From: the human T2T-CHM13v2.0 reference genome, Homo sapiens
NCBI RefSeq assembly: GCF_009914755.1
Contig: NC_060925.1
Length of the DNA stretch: 64,000 nt
Direction: 5' to 3' (one strand)
Shown here: piece by piece, positions 29,801 through 46,139 of the stretch
Layout of the letters: every line of letters begins with the position of its first letter
How positions within the stretch are numbered: the first letter of the stretch is position 1
Notes under the pieces: generated by a model
Told to the model about the DNA's origin: nothing
Databases searched by the model: none
What the model saw: the letters and a program-made list of their open reading frames with translations, nothing else
Translations under genes and position numbers: made by a program

Positions 29801-32800
29801 TCATCATCAGATGGAAATGAATGGAATCGTCATAGAATGGAATCGAATGGATTCATTGAATGGAATCAGATGGAATCATCGAATGGACTGGAATGGAATC
29901 ATTGAATGGACTCGAAAGGGATCATGATTGAATGGAATTGAATGGAATCATCGAATGGTCTCGATTGGAATCATTATCAAATGGAATCGAATGGAATCAC
30001 CGAATAGAATCGAATGGAACAATCATCGAATGGACTCAAATGGAATTATCCTCCAATGGAATCGAATGGAATTATCGAATGCAATCGAATGGAATTATCG
30101 AATGCAATCGAATAGAATCATCGAATGGACTCGAATGGAATCATCGAATGGAATGGAATGGAACAGTCAATGAACTCGAATGGAATCATCATTGAATGGA
30201 ATCGAATGGAATCATCGAGTGGAATCGAATGGAATTATGATCAAATGGAATCGAATGTAATCATCATCAAATGGAATCAAAAATAACCATCATCAATTGG
30301 TATTGAATGGAATTGTCATCAAATGGAATTCAAAGGAATCATCATCAAATGGAACCGAATGGAATCCTCATTGAATGGAAATGAAAGGGGTCATCATCTA
30401 ATGGAATCACATGGAATCATCATCAAATGGAATCGAATGGAATCATCATCAAATGGAATCTAATGGAATCATTGAACAGAATTGAATGGAATCGTCATCG
30501 AATGAATTGAATGCAATCATCGAATGGTCTCGAATGGAATCATCTTCTAATGGAAAGGAATGGAATCATCGCATAGAATCGAATGGAATTATCATCGAAT
30601 GGAATCGAATGGTATCAACACCAAACGGAAAAAAACGGAATTATCGAATGGAATCGAAGAGAATCTTCGAACGGACCCGAATGGAATCATCTAATGGAAT
30701 GGAATGGAATAATCCATGGACTCGAATGCAATCATCATCGAATGGAATGGAATGGAATCATCGAATGGACTCGAATGGAATAATCATTGAACGGAATCGA
30801 ATGGAATCATCATCGGATGGAAACGAATGGAATCATCATCGAATGGAAATGAAAGGAGTCATCATCTAATGGAATTGCATGGAATCATCATAAAATGGAA
30901 TCGAATGGAATCAACATCAAATGGAATCAAATGGAATCATTGAACGGAATTGAATGGAATCGTCATCGAATGAATTGACTGCAATCATCGAATGGTCTCG
31001 AATGGAATCATCTTCAAATGGAATGGAATGGAATCATCGCATAGAATCGAATGGAATTATCATCGAATGGAATCGAATGGAATCAACATCAAACGGAAAA
31101 AAACGGAATTATCGAATGGAATCGAAGAGAATCATCGAATGGACCCGAATGGAATCATCTAATGGAATGGAATGGAATAATCCATGGACTCGAATGCAAT
31201 CATCATCGAATGGAATCGAATGGAATCATCGAATGGACTCGAATGGAATAATCATTGAACGGAATCGAATGGAATCATCATCGGATGGAAATGAATGGAA
31301 TCATCATCGAATGGAATCGAATAGAATTATGGAATGAAATCCAGTGTGATCATCATCGAATGGACCCGAATGGAATCATCATCCAACGGAAGCTAATGGA
31401 ATCAACATCGAATGAATCGAATGGAAACACCATCGAATTGAAACGAATGGAATTATCATGAAATTGAAATGGATGGACTCATCATCGAATGGATTCGAAT
31501 GGAATCATCGAATAAAATTAATTGAAATCATCATCCAATGGAATCGAATGGTATCATTGAATGGAATCGAATGGAATCATCATCAGATGGAAATGAATGG
31601 AATCGTCATAGAATGGAATCGAATGGATTCATTGAATGGAATCAGATGGAATCATCGAATGGACTGGAATGGAATCATTGAATGGACTCGAAAGGGATCA
31701 TTATTGAATGGAATTGAATGGAATCATCGAATGGTCTCGATTGGAATCATTATCAAATGGAATCGAATGGAATCACCGAATAGAATCGAATGGAACAATC
31801 ATCGAATGGACTCAAATGGAATTATCCTCCAATGGAATCGAATGGAATTATCGAATGCAATCGAATGGAATTATCGAATGCAATCGAATAGAATCATCGA
31901 ATGGACTCGAATGGAATCATCGAATGGAATGGAATGGAACAGTCAATGAACTCGAATGGAATCATCATTGAATGGAATCGAATGGAATCATCGAGTGGAA
32001 TCGAATGGAATTATGATCAAATGGAATCGAATGTAATCATCATCAAATGGAATCAAAAATAACCATCATCAATTGGTATTGAATGGAATTGTCATCAAAT
32101 GGAATTCAAAGGAATCATCATCAAATGGAACCGAATGGAATCCTCATTGAATGGAAATGAAAGGGGTCATCATCTAATGGAATCGCATGGAATCATCATC
32201 AAATGGAATCGAATGGAATCATCATCAAATGGAATCTAATGGAATCATTGAACAGAAATGAATGGAATCGTCATCGAATGAATTGAATGCAATCATCGAA
32301 TGGTCTCGAATGGAATCATCTTCTAATGGAAAGGAATGGAATCATCGCATAGAATCGAATGGAATTATCATCGAATGGAATCGAATGGTATCAACACCAA
32401 ACGGAAAAAAACGGAATTATCGAATGGAATCGAAGAGAATCTTCGAACGGACCCGAATGGAATCATCTAATGGAATGGAATGGAATAATCCATGGACTCG
32501 AATGCAATCATCATCGAATGGAATGGAATGGAATCATCGAATGGACTCGAATGGAATAATCATTGAACGGAATCGAATGGAATCATCATCGGATGGAAAC
32601 GAATGGAATCATCATCGAATGGAAATGAAAGGAGTCATCATCTAATGGAATTGCATGGAATCATCATAAAATGGAATCGAATGGAATCAACATCAAATGG
32701 AATCAAATGGAATCATTGAACGGAATTGAATGGAATCGTCATCGAATGAATTGACTGCAATCATCGAATGGTCTCGAATGGAATCATCTTCAAATGGAAT

Positions 32801-33728
32801 GGAATGGAATCATCGCATAGAATCGAATGGAATTATCATCGAATGGAATCGAATGGAATCAACATCAAACGGAAAAAAACGGAATTATCGAATGGAATCG
32901 AAGAGAATCATCGAATGGACCCGAATGGAATCATCTAATGGAATGGAATGGAATAATCCATGGACTCGAATGCAATCATCATCGAATGGAATCGAATGGA
33001 ATCATCGAATGGACTCGAATGGAATAATCATTGAACGGAATCGAATGGAATCATCATCGGATGGAAATGAATGGAATCATCATCGAATGGAATCGAATAT
33101 AATTATGGAATGAAATCCAGTGTGATCATCATCGAATGGACCCGAATGGAATCATCATCCAACGGAAGCTAATGGAATCAACATCGAATGAATCGAATGG
33201 AAACACCATCGAATTGAAACGAATGGAATTATCATGAAATTGAAATGGATGGACTCATCATCGAATGGATTCGAATGGAATCATCGAATAAAATTGATTG
33301 AAATCATCATCGAATGGAATCGAATGGTATCATTGAATGGAATCGAATGGAATCATCATCAGATGGAAATGAATGGAATCGTCATAAAATGGAATCGAAT
33401 GGATTCATTGAATGGAATCAGATGGAATCATCGAATGGACTGGAATGGAATCATTGAATGGACTCGAAAGGGATCATGATTGAATGGAATTGAATGGAAT
33501 CATCGAATGGTCTCGATTGGAATCATTATCAAATGGAATCGAATGGAATCACCGAATAGAATCGAATGGAACAATCATCGAATGGACTCAAATGGAATTA
33601 TCCTCCAATGGAATCGAATGGAATTATCGAATGCAATCGAATGGAATTATCGAATGCAATCGAATAGAATCATCGAATGGACTCGAATGGAATCATCGAA
33701 TGGAATGGAATGGAACAGTCAATGAACT

Positions 33729-35478
33729 CGAATGGAATCATCATTGAATGGAATCGAATGGAATCATCGAGTGGAATCGAATGGAATTATGATCAAATGG
33801 AATCGAATGTAATCCTCATCAAATGGAATCAAAAATAACCATCATCAATTGGTATTGAATGGAATTGTCATCAAATGGAATTCAAAGGAATCATCATCAA
33901 ATGGAACCGAATGGAATCCTCATTGAATGGAAATGAAAGGGGTCATCATCTAACGGAATCGCATGGAATCATCATCAAATGGAATCTAATGGAATCATTG
34001 AACAGAATTGAATGGAATCGTCATCGAATGAATTGAATGCAATCATCGAATGGTCTCGAATGGAATCATCTTCTAATGGAAAGGAATGGAATCATCGCAT
34101 AGAATCGAATGGAATTATCATCGAATGGAATCGAATGGTATCAACACCAAACGGAAAAAAACGGAATTATCGAATGGAATCGAAGAGAATCTTCGAACGG
34201 ACCCGAATGGAATCATCTAATGGAATGGAATGGAATAATCCATGGACTCGAATGCAATCATCATCGAATGGAATGGAATGGAATCATCGAATGGACTCGA
34301 ATGGAATAATCATTGAACGGAATCGAATGGAATCATCATCGGATGGAAACGAATGGAATCATCATCGAATGGAAATGAAAGGAGTCATCATCTAATGGAA
34401 TTGCATGGAATCATCATAAAATGGAATCGAATGGAATCAACATCAAATGGAATCAAATGGAATCATTGAACGGAATTGAATGGAATCGTCATCGAATGAA
34501 TTGACTGCAATCATCGAATGGTCTCGAATGGAATCATCTTCAAATGGAATGGAATGGAATCATCGCATAGAATCGAATGGAATTATCATCGAATGGAATC
34601 GAATGGAATCAACATCAAACGGAAAAAAACGGAATTATCGAATGGAATCGAAGAGAATCATCGAATGGACCCGAATGGAATCATCTAATGGAATGGAATG
34701 GAATAATCCATGGACTCGAATGCAATCATCATCGAATGGAATCGAATGGAATCATCGAATGGACTCGAATGGAATAATCATTGAACGGAATCGAATGGAA
34801 TCATCATCGGATGGAAATGAATGGAATCATCATCGAATGGAATCGAATAGAATTATGGAATGAAATCCAGTGTGATCATCATCGAATGGACCCGAATGGA
34901 ATCATCATCCAACGGAAGCTAATGGAATCAACATCGAATGAATCGAATGGAAACACCATCGAATTGAAACGAATGGAATTATCATGAAATTGAAATGGAT
35001 GGACTCATCATCGAATGGATTCGAATGGAATCATCGAATAAAATTGATTGAAATCATCATCGAATGGAATCGAATGGTATCATTGAATGGAATCGAATGG
35101 AATCATCATCAGATGGAAATGAATGGAATCGTCATAGAATGGAATCGAATGGATTCATTGAATGGAATCAGATGGAATCATCGAATGGACTGGAATGGAA
35201 TCATTGAATGGACTCGAAAGGGATCATGATTGAATGGAATTGAATGGAATCATCGAATGGTCTCGATTGGAATCATTATCAAATGGAATCGAATGGAATC
35301 ACCGAATAGAATCGAATGGAACAATCATCGAATGGACTCAAATGGAATTATCCTCAAATGGAATCGAATGGAATTATCGAATGCAATCGAATGGAATTAT
35401 CGAATGCAATGGAATAGAATCATCGAAAGGACTCGAATGGAATCATCGAATGGAATGGAATGGAACAGTCAATGAACA
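33729..35478. repeat. Short 1750-bp unit variant (unit 20)
   Basis: Same 26-bp deletion and linked CTAACGG at 33954. Confidence 0.93.
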
Positions 35479-37259
35479 CGAATGGAATCATCATTGAATG
35501 GAATCGAATGGAATCATCGAGTGGAATCGAATGGAATTATGATCAAATGGAATCGAATGTAATCATCATCAAATGGAATCAAAAATAACCATCATCAATT
35601 GGTATTGAATGGAATTGTCATCAAATGGAATTCAAAGGAATCATCATCAAATGGAACCGAATGGAATCCTCATTGAATGGAAATGAAAGGGGTCATCATC
35701 TAATGGAATCGCATGGAATCATCATCAAATGGAATCGAATGGAATCATCATCAAATGGAATCTAATGGAATCATTGAACAGAATTGAATGGAATCGTCAT
35801 CGAATGAATTGAATGCAATCATCGAATGGTCTCGAATGGAATCATCTTCTAATGGAAAGGAATGGAATCATCGCATAGAATCGAATGGAATTATCATCGA
35901 ATGGAATCGAATGGTATCAACACCAAACGGAAAAAAACGGAATTATCGAATGGAATCGAAGAGAATCTTCGAACGGACCCGAATGGAATCATCTAATGGA
36001 ATGGAATGGAATAATCCATGGACTCGAATGCAATCATCATCGAATGGAATGGAATGAAATGGAATCATCGAATGGACTCGAATGGAATAATCATTGAACG
36101 GAATCGAATGGAATCATCATCGGATGGAAACGAATGGAATCATCATCGAATGGAAATGAAAGGAGTCATCATCTAATGGAATTGCATGGAATCATCATCA
36201 AATGGAATCGAATGGAATCAACATCAAATGGAATCAAATGGAATCATTGAACGGAATTGAATGGAATCGTCATCGAATGAATTGACTGCAATCATCGAAT
36301 GGTCTCGAATGGAATCATCTTCAAATGGAATGGAATGGAATCATCGCATAGAATCGAATGGAATTATCATCGAATGGAATCGAATGGAATCAACATCAAA
36401 CGGAAAAAAACGGAATTATCGAATGGAATCGAAGAGAATCATCGAATGGACCCGAATGGAATCATCTAATGGAATGGAATGGAATAATCCATGGACTCGA
36501 ATGCAATCATCATCGAATGGAATCGAATGGAATCATCGAATGGACTCGAATGGAATAATCATTGAACGGAATCGAATGGAATCATCATCGGATGGAAATG
36601 AATGGAATCATCATCGAATGGAATCGAATAGAATTATGGAATGAAATCCAGTGTGATCATCATCGAATGGACCCGAATGGAATCATCATCCAACGGAAGC
36701 TAATGGAATCAACATCGAATGAATCGAATGGAAACACCATCGAATTGAAACGAATGGAATTATCATGAAATTGAAATGGATGGACTCATCATCGAATGGA
36801 TTCGAATGGAATCATCGAATAAAATTGATTGAAATCATCATCCAATGGAATCGAATGGTATCATTGAATGGAATCGAATGGAATCATCATCAGATGGAAA
36901 TGAATGGAATCGTCATAGAATGGAATCGAATGGATTCATTGAATGGAATCAGATGGAATCATCGAATGGACTGGAATGGAATCATTGAATGGACTCGAAA
37001 GGGATCATGATTGAATGGAATTGAATGGAATCATCGAATGGTCTCGATTGGAATCATTATCAAATGGAATCGAATGGAATCACCGAATAGAATCGAATGG
37101 AACAATCATCGAATGGACTCAAATGGAATTATCCTCAAATGGAATCGAATGGAATTATCGAATGCAATCGAATGGAATTATCGAATGCAATCGAATAGAA
37201 TCATCGAATGGACTCGAATGGAATCATCGAATGGAATGGAATGGAACAGTCAATGAACT
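35479..37259. repeat. Long 1781-bp unit variant (unit 21; +5 bp, GAAAT allele)
   Basis: GAATGGAATGGAATGAAATGGAAT at 36042-36065, same allele as unit 1. Confidence 0.92.
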
Positions 37260-40200
37260 CGAATGGAATCATCATTGAATGGAATCCAATGGAATCATCG
37301 AGTGGAATCGAATGGAATTATGATCAAATGGAATCTAATGTAATCATCATCAAATGGAATCAAAAATAACCATCATCAATTGGTATTGAATGGAATTGTC
37401 ATCAAATGGAATTCAAAGGAATCATCATCAAATGGAACCGAATGGAATCCTCATTGAATGGAAATGAAAGGGGTCATCATCTAATGGAATCGCATGGAAT
37501 CATCATCAAATGGAATCGAATGGAATCATCATCAAATGGAATCTAATGGAATCATTGAACAGAATTGAATGGAATCGTCATCGAATGAATTGAATGCAAT
37601 CATCGAATGGTCTCGAATGGAATCATCTTCTAATGGAAAGGAATGGAATCATCGCATAGAATCGAATGGAATTATCATCGAATGGAATCGAATGGTATCA
37701 ACACCAAACGGAAAAAAACGGAATTATCGAATGGAATCGAAGAGAATCTTCGAACGGACCCGAATGGAATCATCTAATGGAATGGAATGGAATAATCCAT
37801 GGACTCGAATGCAATCATCATCGAATGGAATCGAATGGAATCATCGAATGGACTCGAATGGAATAATCATTGAACGGAATCGAATGGAATCATCATCGGA
37901 TGGAAACGAATGGAATCATCATCGAATGGAAATGAAAGGAGTCATCATCTAATGGAATTGCATGGAATCATCATAAAATGGAATCGAATGGAATCAACAT
38001 CAAATGGAATCAAATGGAATCATTGAACGGAATTGAATGGAATCGTCATCGAATGAATTGACTGCAATCATCGAATGGTCTCGAATGGAATCATCTTCAA
38101 ATGGAATGGAATGGAATCATCGCATAGAATCGAATGGAATTATCATCGAATGGAATCGAATGGAATCAACATCAAACGGAAAAAAACGGAATTATCGAAT
38201 GGAATCGAAGAGAATCATCGAATGGACCCGAATGGAATCATCTAATGGAATGGAATGGAATAATCCATGGACTCGAATGCAATCATCATCGAATGGAATC
38301 GAATGGAATCATCGAATGGACTCGAATGGAATAATCATTGAACGGAATCGAATGGAATCATCATCGGATGGAAATGAATGGAATCATCATCGAATGGAAT
38401 CGAATAGAATTATGGAATGAAATCCAGTGTGATCATCATCGAATGGACCCGAATGGAATCATCATCCAACGGAAGCTAATGGAATCAACATCGAATGAAT
38501 CGAATGGAAACACCATCGAATTGAAACGAATGGAATTATCATGAAATTGAAATGGATGGACTCATCATCGAATGGATTCGAATGGAATCATCGAATAAAA
38601 TTGATTGAAATCATCATCCAATGGAATCGAATGGTATCATTGAATGGAATCGAATGGAATCATCATCAGATGGAAATGAATGGAATCGTCATAGAATGGA
38701 ATCGAATGGATTCATTGAATGGAATCAGATGGAATCATCGAATGGACTGGAATGGAATCATTGAATGGACTCGAAAGGGATCATGATTGAATGGAATTGA
38801 ATGGAATCATCGAATGGTCTCGATTGGAATCATTATCAAATGGAATCGAATGGAATCACCGAATAGAATCGAATGGAACAATCATCGAATGGACTCAAAT
38901 GGAATTATCCTCCAATGGAATCGAATGGAATTATCGAATGCAATCGAATGGAATTATCGAATGCAATCGAATAGAATCATCGAATGGACTCGAATGGAAT
39001 CATCGAATGGAATGGAATGGAACAGTCAATGAACTCGAATGGAATCATCATTGAATGGAATCGAATGGAATCATCGAGTGGAATCGAATGGAATTATGAT
39101 CAAATGGAATCGAATGTAATCCTCATCAAATGGAATCAAAAATAACCATCATCAATTGGTATTGAATGGAATTGTCATCAAATGCAATTCAAAGGAATCA
39201 TCATCAAATGGAACCGAATGGAATCCTCATTGAATGGAAATGAAAGGGGTCATCATCTAATGGAATCGCATGGAATCATCATCAAATGGAATCGAATGGA
39301 ATCATCATCAAATGGAATCTAATGGAATCATTGAACAGAATTGAATGGAATGGTCATCGAATGAATTGAATGCAATCATCGAATGGTCTCGAATGGAATC
39401 ATCTTCTAATGGAAAGGAATGGAATCATCGCATAGAATCGAATGGAATTATCATCGAATGGAATCGAATGGTATCAACACCAAACGGAAAAAAACGGAAT
39501 TATCGAATGGAATCGAAGAGAATCTTCGAACGGACCCGAATGGAATCATCTAATGGAATGGAATGGAATAATCCATGGACTCGAATGCAATCATCATCGA
39601 ATGGAATGGAATGGAATCATCGAATGGACTCGAATGGAATAATCATTGAACGGAATCGAATGGAATCATCATCGGATGGAAACGAATGGAATCATCATCG
39701 AATGGAAATGAAAGGAGTCATCATCTAATGGAATTGCATGGAATCATCATCAAATGGAATCGAATGGAATCAACATCAAATGGAATCAAATGGAATCATT
39801 GAACGGAATTGAATGGAATCGTCATCGAATGAATTGACTGCAATCATCGAATGGTCTCGAATGGAATCATCTTCAAATGGAATGGAATGGAATCATCGCA
39901 TAGAATCGAATGGAATTATCATCGAATGGAATCGAATGGAATCAACATCAAACGGAAAAAAACGGAATTATCGAATGGAATCGAAGAGAATCATCGAATG
40001 GACCCGAATGGAATCATCTAATGGAATGGAATGGAATAATCCATGGACTCGAATGCAATCATCATCGAATGGAATCGAATGGAATCATCGAATGGACTCG
40101 AATGGAATAATCATTGAACGGAATCGAATGGAATCATCATCGGATGGAAATGAATGGAATCATCATCGAATGGAATCGAATAGAATTATGGAATGAAATC

Positions 40201-43200
40201 CAGTGTGATCATCATCGAATGGACCCGAATGGAATCATCATCCAACGGAAGCTAATGGAATCAACATCGAATGAATCGAATGGAAACACCATCGAATTGA
40301 AACGAATGGAATTATCATGAAATTGAAATGGATGGACTCATCATCGAATGGATTCGAATGGAATCATCGAATAAAATTGATTGAAATCATCATCGAATGG
40401 AATCGAATGGTATCATTGAATGGAATCGAATGGAATCATCATCAGATGGAAATGAATGGAATCGTCATAGAATGGAATCGAATGGATTCATTGAATGGAA
40501 TCAGATGGAATCATCGAATGGACTGGAATGGAATCATTGAATGGACTCGAAAGGGATCATGATTGAATGGAATTGAATGGAATCATCGAATGGTCTCGAT
40601 TGGAATCATTATCAAATGGAATCGAATGGAATCACCGAATAGAATCGAATGGAACAATCATCGAATGGACTCAAATGGAATTATCCTCAAATGGAATCGA
40701 AGGGAATTATCGAATGCAATCGAATGGAATTATCGAATGCAATCGAATACAATCATCGAAAGGACTCGAATGGAATCATCGAATGGAATGGAATGGAACA
40801 GTCAATGAACTCGAATGGAATCATCATTGAATGGAATCCAATGGAATCATCGAGTGGAATCGAATGGAATTATGATCAAATGGAATCTAATGTAATCATC
40901 ATCAAATGGAATCAAAAATAACCATCATCAATTGGTATTGAATGGAATTGTCATCAAATGGAATTCAAAGGAATCATCATCAAATGGAACCGAATGGAGT
41001 CCTCATTGAATGGAAATGAAAGGGGTCATCATCTAATGGAATCGCATGGAATCATCATCAAATGGAATCGAATGGAATCATCATCAAATGGAATCTAATG
41101 GAATCATTGAACAGAATTGAATGGAATCGTCATCGAATGAATTGAATGCAATCATCGAATGGTCTCGAATGGAATCATCTTCTAATGGAAAGGAATGGAA
41201 TCATCGCATAGAATCGAATGGAATTATCATCGAATGGAATCGAATGGTATCAACACCAAACGGAAAAAAACGGAATTATCGAATGGAATCGAAGAGAATC
41301 TTCGAACGGACCCGAATGGAATCATCTAATGGAATGGAATGGAATAATCCATGGACTCGAATGCAATCATCATCGAATGGAATGGAATGGAATCATCGAA
41401 TGGACTCGAATGGAATAATCATTGAACGGAATCGAATGGAATCATCATCGGATGGAAACGAATGGAATCATCATCGAATGGAAATGAAAGGAGTCATCAT
41501 CTAATGGAATTGCATGGAATCATCATCAAATGGAATCGAATGGAATCAACATCAAATGGAATCAAATGGAATCATTGAACGGAATTGAATGGAATCGTCA
41601 TCGAATGAATTGACTGCAATCATCGAATGGTCTCGAATGGAATCATCTTCAAATGGAATGGAATGGAATCATCGCATAGAATCGAATGGAATTATCATCG
41701 AATGGAATCGAATGGAATCAACATCAAACGGAAAAAAACGGAATTATCGAATGGAATCGAAGAGAATCATCGAATGGACCCGAATGGAATCATCTAATGG
41801 AATGGAATGGAATAATCCATGGACTCGAATGCAATCATCATCGAATGGAATCGAATGGAATCATCGAATGGACTCGAATGGAATAATCATTGAACGGAAT
41901 CGAATGGAATCATCATCGGATGGAAATGAATGGAATCATCATCGAATGGAATCGAATAGAATTATGGAATGAAATCCAGTGTGATCATCATCGAATGGAC
42001 CCGAATGGAATCATCATCCAACGGAAGCTAATGGAATCAACATCGAATGAATCGAATGGAAACACCATCGAATTGAAACGAATGGAATTATCATGAAATT
42101 GAAATGGATGGACTCATCATCGAATGGATTCGAATGGAATCATCGAATAAAATTGATTGAAATCATCATCCAATGGAATCGAATGGTATCATTGAATGGA
42201 ATCGAATGGAATCATCATCAGATGGAAATGAATGGAATCGTCATAGAATGGAATCGAATGGATTCATTGAATGGAATCAGATGGAATCATCGAATGGACT
42301 GGAATGGAATCATTGAATGGACTCGAAAGGGATCATGATTGAATGGAATTGAATGGAATCATCGAATGGTCTCGATTGGAATCATTATCAAATGGAATCG
42401 AATGGAATCACCGAATAGAATCGAATGGAACAATCATCGAATGGACTCAAATGGAATTATCCTCCAATGGAATCGAATGGAATTATCGAATGCAATCGAA
42501 TGGAATTATCGAATGCAATCGAATAGAATCATCGAATGGACTCGAATGGAATCATCGAATGGAATGGAATGGAACAGTCAATGAACTCGAATGGAATCAT
42601 CATTGAATGGAATCGAATGGAATCATCGAGTGGAATCGAATGGAATTATGATCAAATGGAATCGAATGTAATCCTCATCAAATGGAATCAAAAATAACCA
42701 TCATCAATTGGTATTGAATGGAATTGTCATCAAATGCAATTCAAAGGAATCATCATCAAATGGAACCGAATGGAATCCTCATTGAATGGAAATGAAAGGG
42801 GTCATCATCTAATGGAATCGCATGGAATCATCATCAAATGGAATCGAATGGAATCATCATCAAATGGAATCTAATGGAATCATTGAACAGAATTGAATGG
42901 AATGGTCATCGAATGAATTGAATGCAATCATCGAATGGTCTCGAATGGAATCATCTTCTAATGGAAAGGAATGGAATCATCGCATAGAATCGAATGGAAT
43001 TATCATCGAATGGAATCGAATGGTATCAACACCAAACGGAAAAAAACGGAATTATCGAATGGAATCGAAGAGAATCTTCGAACGGACCCGAATGGAATCA
43101 TCTAATGGAATGGAATGGAATAATCCATGGACTCGAATGCAATCATCATCGAATGGAATGGAATGGAATCATCGAATGGACTCGAATGGAATAATCATTG

Positions 43201-46139
43201 AACGGAATCGAATGGAATCATCATCGGATGGAAACGAATGGAATCATCATCGAATGGAAATGAAAGGAGTCATCATCTAATGGAATTGCATGGAATCATC
43301 ATCAAATGGAATCGAATGGAATCAACATCAAATGGAATCAAATGGAATCATTGAACGGAATTGAATGGAATCGTCATCGAATGAATTGACTGCAATCATC
43401 GAATGGTCTCGAATGGAATCATCTTCAAATGGAATGGAATGGAATCATCGCATAGAATCGAATGGAATTATCATCGAATGGAATCGAATGGAATCAACAT
43501 CAAACGGAAAAAAACGGAATTATCGAATGGAATCGAAGAGAATCATCGAATGGACCCGAATGGAATCATCTAATGGAATGGAATGGAATAATCCATGGAC
43601 TCGAATGCAATCATCATCGAATGGAATCGAATGGAATCATCGAATGGACTCGAATGGAATAATCATTGAACGGAATCGAATGGAATCATCATCGGATGGA
43701 AATGAATGGAATCATCATCGAATGGAATCGAATAGAATTATGGAATGAAATCCAGTGTGATCATCATCGAATGTACCCGAATGGAATCATCATCCAACGG
43801 AAGCTAATGGAATCAACATCGAATGAATCGAATGGAAACACCATCGAATTGAAACGAATGGAATTATCATGAAATTGAAATGGATGGACTCATCATGGAA
43901 TGGGTTCGAATAGAATCATCGAATAAAATTGATTGAAATCATCATCCAATGGAATCGAATGGTATCATTGAATGGAATCGAATGGAATCATCATCAGATG
44001 GAAATGAATGGAATCGTCATAGAATGGAATCGAATGGATTCATTGAATGGAATCAGATGGAATCATCGAATGGACTGAAATGGAATCATTGAATGGACTC
44101 GAAAGGGATCATGATTGAATGGAATTGAATGGAATCATCGAATGGTCTCGATTGGAATCATTATCAAATGGAATGGAATGGAATCACCGAATAGAATCGA
44201 ATGGAACAATCATCGAATGGACTCAAATGGAATTATCCTCCAATGGAATCGAATGGAATTATCGAATGCAATCGAATGGAATTATCGAATGCAATCGAAT
44301 AGAATCATCGAATGGACTCGAATGGAATCATCGAATGGAATGGAATGGAACAGTCAATGAACTCGAATGGAATCATCATTGAATGGAATCGAATGGAATC
44401 ATCGAGTGGAATCGAATGGAATTATGATCAAATGGAATCGAATGTAATCATCATCAAATGGAATCAAAAATAACCATCATCAATTGGTATTGAATGGAAT
44501 TGTCATCAAATGGAATTCAAAGGAATCATCATCAAATGGAACCGAATGGAATCCTCATTGAATGGAAATGAAAGGGGTCATCATCTAATGGAATCGCATG
44601 GAATCATCATCAAATGGAATCGAATGGAATCATCATCAAATGGAATCTAATGGAATCATTGAACAGAAATGAATGGAATCGTCATCGAATGAATTGAATG
44701 CAATCATCGAATGGTCTCGAATGGAATCATCTTCTAATGGAAAGGAATGGAATCATCGCATAGAATCGAATGGAATTATCATCGAATGGAATCGAATGGT
44801 ATCAACACCAAACGGAAAAAAACGGAATTATCGAATGGAATCGAAGAGAATCTTCGAACGGACCCGAATGGAATCATCTAATGGAATGGAATGGAATAAT
44901 CCATGGACTCGAATGCAATCATCATCGAATGGAATGGAATGGAATCATCGAATGGACTCGAATGGAATAATCATTGAACGGAATCGAATGGAATCATCAT
45001 CGGATGGAAACGAATGGAATCATCATCGAATGGAAATGAAAGGAGTCATCATCTAATGGAATTGCATGGAATCATCATAAAATGGAATCGAATGGAATCA
45101 ACATCAAATGGAATCAAATGGAATCATTGAACGGAATTGAATGGAATCGTCATCGAATGAATTGACTGCAATCATCGAATGGTCTCGAATGGAATCATCT
45201 TCAAATGGAATGGAATGGAATCATCGCATAGAATCGAATGGAATTATCATCGAATGGAATCGAATGGAATCAACATCAAACGGAAAAAAACGGAATTATC
45301 GAATGGAATCGAAGAGAATCATCGAATGGACCCGAATGGAATCATCTAATGGAATGGAATGGAATAATCCATGGACTCGAATGCAATCATCATCGAATGG
45401 AATCGAATGGAATCATCGAATGGACTCGAATGGAATAATCATTGAACGGAATCGAATGGAATCATCATCGGATGGAAATGAATGGAATCATCATCGAATG
45501 GAATCGAATAGAATTATGGAATGAAATCCAGTGTGATCATCATCGAATGGACCCGAATGGAATCATCATCCAACGGAAGCTAATGGAATCAACATCGAAT
45601 GAATCGAATGGAAACACCATCGAATTGAAACGAATGGAATTATCATGAAATTGAAATGGATGGACTCATCATCGAATGGATTCGAATGGAATTATCGAAT
45701 AAAATTGATTGAAATCATCATCCAATGGAATCGAATGGTATCATTGAATGGAATCGAATGGAATCATCATCAGATGGAAATGAATGGAATCGTCATAGAA
45801 TGGAATCGAATGGATTCATTGAATGGAATCAGATGGAATCATCGAATGGACTGGAATGGAATCATTGAATGGACTCGAAAGGGATCATGATTGAATGGAA
45901 TTGAATGGAATCATCGAATGGTCTCGATTGGAATCATTATCAAATGGAATCGAATGGAATCACCGAATAGAATCGAATGGAACAATCATCGAATGGACTC
46001 AAATGGAATTATCCTCCAATGGAATCGAATGGAATTATCGAATGCAATCGAATGGAATTATCGAATGCAATCGAATAGAATCATCGAATGGACTCGAATG
46101 GAATCATCGAATGGAATGGAATGGAACAGTCAATGAACT

